Both the position numbers and the translations under genes were made by a program. The notes under the pieces were generated by a model. The model did not search any database, was not told the origin of the DNA, and saw nothing but the letters and a program-made list of their open reading frames with translations. A stretch of 32,000 nucleotides of DNA from Mycoplasma mycoides subsp. capri (GTDB lineage Bacteria; Bacillota_I; Bacilli_A; Mycoplasmatales; Mycoplasmataceae): positions 660,001 to 692,000 of the forward strand of contig NZ_CP065581.1 in assembly GCF_018389705.1 (NCBI RefSeq). The letters run 5' to 3'. Of the stretch, positions 1-6,304 are shown one piece after another. Position 1 is the first letter of the stretch, and the number at the start of each line of letters is the position of its first letter.

Positions 1-92
1 ATAACGAATTAGAATACGTTTATAATTCTTTTGAAATAGATGATAAATGAGAAGAATATCAAAAAAGTAATTCTAATAAACATAAGATGTAA
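1..92 (+). CDS. 3' end of a hypothetical protein (C-terminal fragment; the gene starts upstream of the window)
   Basis: Frame 3 is open from the window edge (...NELEYVYNSFEIDDKWEEYQKSNSNKHKM) with one TGA read as Trp. TAA at 90-92, followed directly by a hairpin and T-run. Confidence 0.4.
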
Positions 93-95
93 TTA

Positions 96-119
96 AGACT
101 ATAATATAGTCTTTTTTTT
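96..119 (+). terminator. Rho-independent terminator
   Basis: Stem AGACT (96-100) / AGTCT (108-112), 7-nt loop, T-run 112-119. Confidence 0.6.
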
Positions 120-200
120 ATACTTAATATATACTAAGTAAGTATAAAATATTATAAACATATAAACTTTATGCATATTAAATAATTATTTTGATATTAA

Positions 201-229
201 TTGCAATACCAAAATTATTATGATATATT
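201..229 (+). promoter_or_regulatory. Sigma-70-type promoter of cassette 1
   Basis: TTGCAA (201-206), 17-bp spacer, TG (221-222) plus TATATT (224-229). Confidence 0.5.
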
Positions 230-235
230 TAAAGT

Positions 236-353
236 ATAAATATTTTATATTTATACGTTGAGTGGCAGTGAGTTCATCTGGTCATGGCGGACGATTGGTG
301 AAGCCGAAAATAATTGAACTAAAAATAGAACTCCTTTTAGGGGTTCTTTTTTT
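236..353 (+). ncRNA. Candidate small RNA 1 (unknown family)
   Basis: The predicted start is ~7 nt after the -10 element. It has a conserved AU hairpin leader (ATAAATAT-TTT-ATATTTAT). The core 257-306 is 28/50 G+C. The terminator is AGAACTCC/GGGGTTCT plus a T-run ending at 353. No conserved ORF. Confidence 0.45.
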
Positions 354-434
354 ATACTTAATATATACTAAGTAAATATAAAATATAAGAATAATATAAA
401 CTTTATACATATTAAATAGTTTTCTTGCTATTAG

Positions 435-463
435 TTGCAATACCAAAATTATTATGATATAGT
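435..463 (+). promoter_or_regulatory. Sigma-70-type promoter of cassette 2
   Basis: TTGCAA (435-440), 17-bp spacer, TG (455-456) plus TATAGT (458-463). Confidence 0.5.
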
Positions 464-469
464 TAAACT

Positions 470-588
470 ATAAATATTTTATATTTATGATATCGGTGGT
501 TATAGTTCTTCCGGCCATGTCTACCATTTGAGATGACGAAATTGAGAATAGAACTAAGTTAGAACTCTCTTAGAAGAGTTCTTTTTTT
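470..588 (+). ncRNA. Candidate small RNA 2 (same scaffold, unrelated core)
   Basis: Same leader hairpin as cassette 1. Its GC-rich core (TCGGTGGTTATAGTTCTTCCGGCCATGTCTACC...) is different. Terminator AGAACTCT (561-568) / AGAGTTCT (575-582) plus a T-run to 588. Confidence 0.45.
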
Positions 589-667
589 ATACTTAATATA
601 TACTAAGTAAATATAAAATATATTAGAACGTATAAACTTTGTATATGTATTAAGTATTTTTTTATTT

Positions 668-696
668 TTGCAAGTCCAGAATTAATATGATATAGT
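668..696 (+). promoter_or_regulatory. Sigma-70-type promoter of cassette 3
   Basis: TTGCAA (668-673), 17-bp spacer, TG (688-689) plus TATAGT (691-696). Confidence 0.5.
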
Positions 697-702
697 TAAA
701 GT

Positions 703-820
703 ATAAATATTTTATATTTATAAGTTGAGCGGTAGCAAGTTCATCTAAACCGTGACTTCCGGCGGTGAAGTCTAAATAATTTGAACTAAAAATAGAACTC
801 CTTTTGAGAGTTCTTTTTTT
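703..820 (+). ncRNA. Candidate small RNA 3 (core related to RNA 1)
   Basis: Same leader hairpin. The core GTTGAGCGGTAGCAAGTTCATCT...GGTGAAG resembles cassette 1 and differs mostly by transitions. Terminator AGAACTC/GAGTTCT plus a T-run to 820. Confidence 0.45.
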
Positions 821-934
821 ATACTTAATACGTACTAACTAACTTTAAAATATATTAGAAAAATTAAATTTTATCTATATTAAATAGTTTGCTTGTTATT
901 TATTTAAAATAATATTAAAAATAAATTAAAGATT

Positions 935-1462
935 ATGATGAATAAAATTATAAAACAACCAGTTTATAATACTAATCAAACTGAATGCTTAGAAATTGGA
1001 TATGAATGATATGATAATCAAATATCAATTATTCCATTTCCTCATACTATTAAAAAAGTTCCAAGAGTTTTACCAACTCAAATTACTAGTTTAGAAAATG
1101 CCTTTATTTATAATCAAAATGAATTTATTGATGGAATAGAGTACTGAGATACATCAAATATAACTAATATGTATTCTATGTTTTATGAAGCTAATAATTT
1201 TAATCAAAATATTAGCATGTGAGATGTAAGTAATGTTGTTGATATGAGTTATATGTTTTGTTGAGCTTATAAATTTAATCAAGACATTTCAAATTGAAAT
1301 GTAAGTAATGTTAAATATATGAATGATATGTTTTATTGTGCTAATAATTTTAATCAAAATATTTCTAAATGAAATGTAAGTAATGTAAAAAAGGATTATC
1401 AAAATATTGGTAGTGGTGGGTTTAATTGAAAAGATGAGTTTAAACCTAAGTTTAATAAATAG
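935..1462 (+). CDS. DUF285-type repeat protein (BspA-like leucine-rich repeats), 175 aa, no signal peptide
   Basis: ATG at 935, TAG at 1460-1462, frame verified open with TGA = Trp. Repeated motif W(D/N)VSNV..M..MF..A..FNQ(N/D)IS is typical of the Mycoplasma DUF285 family. Confidence 0.8.
1145..1393 (+). repeat. In-frame 75-bp (25-aa) tandem coding repeats inside the DUF285 gene
   Basis: Repeat units begin at 1145, 1220, 1295 and 1370 (the last is partial). Each opens with a TGA-encoded Trp. Confidence 0.8.
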
Positions 1463-1483
1463 AATTAATAACAAGATATAAAA

Positions 1484-1506
1484 GCAGTCTTAGACTGCTT
1501 TTTTTG
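1484..1506 (+). terminator. Rho-independent terminator
   Basis: Stem GCAGTC (1484-1489) / GACTGC (1493-1498), then a T-run 1499-1506. Confidence 0.7.
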
Positions 1507-1630
1507 TTAAATGTTTTTTTAAAAAAATAATCATTTTTAAATAATAAAATAAGTGTTTATGAATAAAAACAAACTTATTAAAAAAGTAAAATTATAGTAA
1601 TAAAAGGTATTTAAAATATAGAAAGACATT

Positions 1631-3124
1631 ATGAAAAAACTATTATTTATACTTCCAATAACTTTAATACCACTATTAACTATTACTAGTTGTTCAACTA
1701 ATTTTCAATTACCAGAATCTAATAAAAAATATGATAAAAATAATATTAAAAAAGAAATAAAGAATTTTACTTATAATGGTATTACATATAACTTAATTAA
1801 AGAAGATAATATTGATCCAGAAAATGTTTATTATGCTAATGAAGTATTAGAAAATGACGCAAAACAATTTAAATCATATATTCCTGATTATAAAAAATAC
1901 TTTTATAACCAAGTAGATAATAAACTAAAACTTGCCACTCCTGATTTAGGCGCATCTTGATTTGATTTTCCAACTATTGCTAAACTTAGTCAATTTGTCA
2001 GAAGTTTAGAACATTATAATGTAGTAAATTCATTCAACTCATCTTTTATGTTAAAAGACAAGACTACTAAACAACAATTAACAAGTGAAGAATATAATAA
2101 CTTAGTTAATAAAATACTAGAAATTTTAAAAAATCAAAATAACTTAATTAAAACTATTAATAATGAAGAAGTTGATTTTAGTAGTATAAATAATTCTAAA
2201 AATGAAAAAGTTTCTGACCAATTACCATCAACACTAGAACATAGAAAACAAGAAATGGGATTTAATGATACATCATCTAACAAAGATTATTGGGGAACAT
2301 ACACTGAAACTAAATTAGAATCAGGTGCTATTAAAAAAGAATATAGTGAAACTCCATTAAAAGATAGTAAAGCAACAGCATTTCTTGATGGTTCACTAAA
2401 ACAAATTCCTGTTTATTTATGAAAACTTAAAAAGATTTTTGATTTTAATGGTAACTTTAAAAACGAATATTTCTTACAAAGAGAGTTTTTTGAAAAATCA
2501 TCTGAATTTAATAGAGAAAAGCAAGACTTAAATAATGAAATTAGTGATTATTTTTATAGAAATAAAATCAAGATTTATGCAATGCAAAAAGACTTGTGAA
2601 ATATGTTGATTGCATATTTAGAGTTTCAAAAAGCAATGACAACTTTAGGTAATATTAGTGATGAAAATTTAAGTTTAGAAAAGAATTTAGAAAATAATGG
2701 AGTTATAAATGCATTAATTAATTTTGAAAATAAGTTATTAGAGTATATGAAATTATCTCAATTATTTGGTTGATTAATTGATCCAAGTAAAGAAAATTTA
2801 AATTTACAACTATTTCCTGGTGGTACTCATTATTCATTTGAAACTGATTATAGACAAGCTTATATTTGAGCTTATAGAGAATATCACGAAATTATTCAAC
2901 CATTAAGTAAGCAATTTACCAAAACAAACACAAAATCTAAATTTGAAAAAGCATTAAAAACTCCTGAACTAGAAAAATATTATGAGTTTATCTGAGCTAA
3001 CATTAAAGCAATTGATAATGTCGATAAACCTTATGTATTAGGTGAAAGTGAAGCTAAAACTAAATTTAATAAAATAATTGATTATTATGCTAGAACCTTT
3101 AATTGAAAATACAAAAAAGATTAA
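1631..3124 (+). CDS. Lipoprotein of unknown function, 497 aa
   Basis: MKKLLFILPITLIPLLTITSCSTN has a signal peptide and lipobox (ITSC). Track ORFs 1631-1960 and 2048-2422 are in one frame. The rest was translated manually to TAA at 3122-3124 with only TGA interruptions. Confidence 0.85.
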
Positions 3125-3141
3125 TAAAAAAATAAAGAAAT

Positions 3142-4599
3142 CTAAGCTAATAAATATTCTTTATCTTTAAAACTACCAGTAGTAATTAATTTATTCTTTT
3201 TAACTAGTTGATTTAATATTTCTCTACTTCTAGTTGGTGATACATTTAATAGTTTATCAATATCAATTCTTTTAAATTTAGTGTGGTTTTTAGCAAATTC
3301 TAAAACAATTTCTATTTGTTCAGTTGTAGTAGAACGAGACTTGTTTTTATCTGTATCAGTGTCTTGTATAATATCTTGTCTTATATTAGAGTGAATTTTA
3401 GTATTAACTTTATTTAAATATTCACTAACACTAATATTTGATGATTGATCTTGCTCATAATTTAAATTTTTTAAAATAACAATAAATGATTTATCATCAG
3501 ATATAAATTCTGGAGTATGTTTTAAACTGTAATTTTCTTGTATTGCATAAATATTTAAAATTTCTTTAATACCACTACCTCTTCTTTCCATTAGTTTTAA
3601 CATAGAAAAAATGTTTGCTAAAATTGGATTTCTTCTTTTAGATTCGATTCTATAAGGGTCTAATTCTTGTATTTTACTTTTATCAACCATTCCACCAGGT
3701 GAAATTATTTCTAATCTATCAGTATAAATATTAATATTAATTTGATCATAAAACTTAGTGTAATCTCTATGAACTAAAGCATTGACTAAAGCTTCTCTAA
3801 TAGCTAATTTTGGATAATCAGGATATTCTATACGTTTAGTATCTGTTTTTTTAAAGTCTACATTAGATTTGTTTTCTATAAATTGTTGACTATTTTTTAG
3901 TATTTCTAATAAATTTCCATCAAAATTTTCAATACTTTTACCACTTTTTTTATTTGATTTTTCAAAATCGTTTCAATATGTTGCAAAGACTAAAGAATGT
4001 TTAATAAATTTTTGATCTGCTAATAATGCACCTGCATTTGTAAGTACATTATTTTTAGCTAATTCTAGTGAAACTAAATCATTATAATCTTCTATAATTC
4101 TTATACCAAGTTCTTTAAAATAGCTATTAAGTAAATTAAAAGTTGCACTATTTCATGGTATATCTGTTTGTAATGAATCATATGAAAGGTTTTTTCCACT
4201 TAACCCTAAACTAAATATCTCTTCTCTTGAAGCAATATGAGTTTGATCACCATATCTTACATATGCAGTTAAAGTTCCTTGATCAAATAAATAATAAGGC
4301 GTATTATCACCTTTTTCAACTTCTATAATAATTATTGTTTTTTTATTAATAACTTCTGATTTTATGCTAAATTTTGGAATAGGATTTATTTTATCTTTTA
4401 TAAAACTTGATAATTTATTTATTTTATTTTTGACATTATCAATACCAATAATTTGACCATTATCATTAACACCTATATAAATAGAACCATTATTTGTATT
4501 TGCAAAAGCACAGATTGTTTTTAAAATGTTTTTAGGTTTGTTTTCATCAAATAATTCTTTGTTTTCATGTGTTGATGATTCAATAGGTACTTTAAACAT
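3142..4599 (-). CDS. AlbA_2 (Schlafen-like) + HATPase_c_4 + C-terminal winged-helix protein, a putative transcriptional regulator of the 'RecG-like C-terminal' family, 485 aa
   Basis: Track ORFs 4153-4599 and 3142-3690 share a frame, and the gap has only TGA codons. Motifs: N-terminal ICAFANTNNGSIYIGVNDNG (AlbA_2-like), REALVNALVHRDY...ISPGG (HATPase_c_4-like), C-terminal HTH-like segment. AGGAGA RBS lies 7 nt upstream of the ATG. Confidence 0.75.
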
Positions 4600-4644
4600 T
4601 ATATATTCTCCTATATTTTATAGAGCAATTCGATATATTAATTA

Positions 4645-4820
4645 TACCAACACTTATAAAAAATATAAACACTTTTACCAACACTTATTCTGAAATACAA
4701 ACACTTATTAAAAAATGAATGAAAATACAAAAACTTATTAAGAAATACCAACACTTATACTAACACTTCTTGTGAAATACCAACACTTATAGGCAAATAG
4801 ACTAAAATACAAACACTTTT
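4645..4820. promoter_or_regulatory. Array of nine TAC(C/A)AACACTTAT boxes overlapping and upstream of the promoter of the 3142-4599 gene
   Basis: AACACTT cores start at 4649, 4668, 4680, 4700, 4730 (one mismatch), 4750, 4762, 4782 and 4812. On the minus strand an extended -10, TGGTATAAT (4641-4649), overlaps box 1. Confidence 0.6.
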
Positions 4821-4883
4821 ATGTGACTTTTGCATATTAACAAATTAAGATTTCCTTTATTATTAGAGTTTTCACCCTACTAA

Positions 4884-4910
4884 ATAAAAAAAACTTGCTG
4901 TATTGCAAGT
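4884..4910 (-). terminator. Rho-independent terminator of the small lipoprotein gene
   Basis: Stem ACTTGC (4893-4898) / GCAAGT (4905-4910). The A-run 4885-4892 reads as a T-run on the minus strand. Confidence 0.65.
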
Positions 4911-4921
4911 CTAAATTTTAG

Positions 4922-5347
4922 TTATCCATTTATACCTTTTAATCAACTGCTAACTAAAGAAGAGTCATCTTCATTATTAACGCTTCTTGGTGCATGACTT
5001 ACTGAAACTGATCTTTCAGCTCTTTCTTTTTGTTTTTTTAATATATCTTCAGTTTCATTAGTTGGTTTTTTATTTTCAATTGGTTTTGAATCATCCATTA
5101 ATAAAAATAATTCTTTAGTTAATTCTGAAGCAATTTCAGCATCACTTTTAGCTTTTACCTCTTTTTTAGCTACTGTAGTAGTTATTGTTGCTGTTTCAGC
5201 TTTCTTTTCTTCTTTAGTTTCACCATTTTTAGCTTTGTTAGATTCATCTGTTTTTATTTCTTGACTGGGAGTTTTACAAGCAACAGTTATAGCTGCACTT
5301 GATGCTATTAGAGCAAATGAACCTAATAAAGTTAATAATTTTTTCAT
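4922..5347 (-). CDS. Small Lys/Glu-rich lipoprotein, 141 aa
   Basis: MKKLLTLLGSFALIASSAAITVACKT has a signal peptide and Cys. The track ORF ends at a TGA (4943-4945); reading it as Trp extends the CDS to TAA at 4922-4924. Confidence 0.8.
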
Positions 5348-5450
5348 AAATAATTCCTTCTAATAAGGTTAGTTTATTCACACGATTTTTTTGTATATTC
5401 ACACATTAAAAATTGTACTAATTATAAAAATGATTTTTTTAATTTCTAAT

Positions 5451-5485
5451 AAAAAATAAAAAACTTGAATTACAAAATTCAAGTT
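5451..5485 (-). terminator. Rho-independent terminator
   Basis: Stem AACTTGAAT (5462-5470) / ATTCAAGTT (5477-5485). The A-rich run 5451-5461 gives a T-run on the minus strand. Confidence 0.65.
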
Positions 5486-5498
5486 TTTGTTATTTATT

Positions 5499-6296
5499 CT
5501 AATTATTAGTTATAAAATCATCAATTATTTTATTTAGTTTTTCAGATTGATCTTTATAAACCATATGAGAAGCATTATTAATAATAACTGTTTTAACATT
5601 TTTAATAGTTTTATTAAAAAAATCTAATGAATCATCACAATCAATAATTCTATCATTTTTTGCTAAAACTACTAAAGTTGGAATATTAATAGATTGATAT
5701 GCTTTTGTTATTTTATTATGTAAGTTTATATCAGTTAAACTTTTTGCTAATTGAAGTATATATCTATTAGTATAATAGTTTAAATTAAACTTTGACTTAG
5801 CATTATTAACTCAATTTAAATTATTTAATAAATTATCATAATTATAGTAAATATATGGAACAAATTTAGTTAAATAATCATCAAATGAATTAATAAACAC
5901 ATAGTCTTTTGTTCAAAATTCTAAACTTAATTGAGTTTGATTAATTGGAGTAATTAAAATTAATTTTTTAAACAATAAAGGTTGTTTTAAATAAGCTAAA
6001 CTAATAACACCAGCTCCTAGTGATTTACCAATTAAAATCACATTTTTTAAATTATTGTTTTTAACAAAATCAATTAATAAATCTGAAAATTGTTCAACAC
6101 TAATTTGATGATTTTTAATTGGTTTTATTAGATTTGACCCTGGAAATTGTAAAGCATAATAATTTGATTTTGTTCAATAATTACTAAATGCATTTAAACT
6201 AGTAAGCTTAGAATTAAACCCATGACAAAAAACTATATTTTGCTTATCATTGCAATTATTTTTAAAAATAAACTCATAATCATAAATAATTGACAT
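5499..6296 (-). pseudogene. Alpha/beta-hydrolase (esterase/lipase-like), apparently disrupted by a paired +1/-1 frameshift with an in-frame TAA
   Basis: The N-terminus MSIIYDYEF...VFCHGFNS...LIGKSLGAGVI has an HG oxyanion motif and a GxSxG nucleophile. The ATG frame hits TAA at 5967-5969. Between ~6003 and ~5944 only the adjacent frame reads sensibly (GLAYLKQPLLFKKLILITPI). The original frame resumes (SNYQTQLSLEFW...) and ends at TAG 5499-5501. Confidence 0.6.
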
Positions 6297-6304
6297 AATT
6301 TTTA

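Larger units (their letters stand above)
120..820 (+). repeat. Three head-to-tail ~234-bp cassettes. A truncated fourth copy of the 5' module follows at 821-~900.
   Basis: Units start with ATACTTAATATATACTAAGTA at 120, 354 and 589 (lengths 234/235/232). The same motif starts a diverged fourth copy at 821. Flanks are conserved; the central ~55 nt differ. Confidence 0.9.

Noticed and set aside
220-380. Possible small peptide encoded by cassette 1 (ATG at 220, ~51 codons with TGA = Trp, running through the terminator)
   Set aside because: The ATG lies inside the predicted -10 element, so it would not be transcribed. The equivalent frame in cassette 2 stops at its third codon (ATG ATA TAG). Differences between the cassettes are not biased to third codon positions.
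250-820. Resemblance of the cassette cores to 5S rRNA pieces (GGTGGTTATAG in unit 2; CGATTGGTGAAG and GGCGGTGAAG in units 1 and 3; AAAATAG near the 3' end)
   Set aside because: The matches are short, appear in inconsistent order, and the units lack the loop C / helix III region and a 5'-3' closing helix. My recollection of Mollicutes 5S sequence is also imperfect. It is worth a covariance-model scan (RF00001) but is not supported as a 5S gene or pseudogene.
1289-1474. 61-aa minus-strand ORF. The same reasoning applies to the antisense or intergenic ORFs at 9102-9335(+), 15868-16053(-), 16896-17078(+), 19095-19382(-), 20153-20422(+), 29584-29772(-) and 30445-30633(-).
   Set aside because: Each one overlaps a better-supported gene on the other strand or spans intergenic terminator sequence. 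All have Ile/Leu/Phe/Lys-rich translations without an RBS.
4645-4820. CRISPR-like array
   Set aside because: The repeats are only 13 nt, the spacings are 12-30 bp and irregular, and there are no cas genes. This is a protein-binding box array, not CRISPR.
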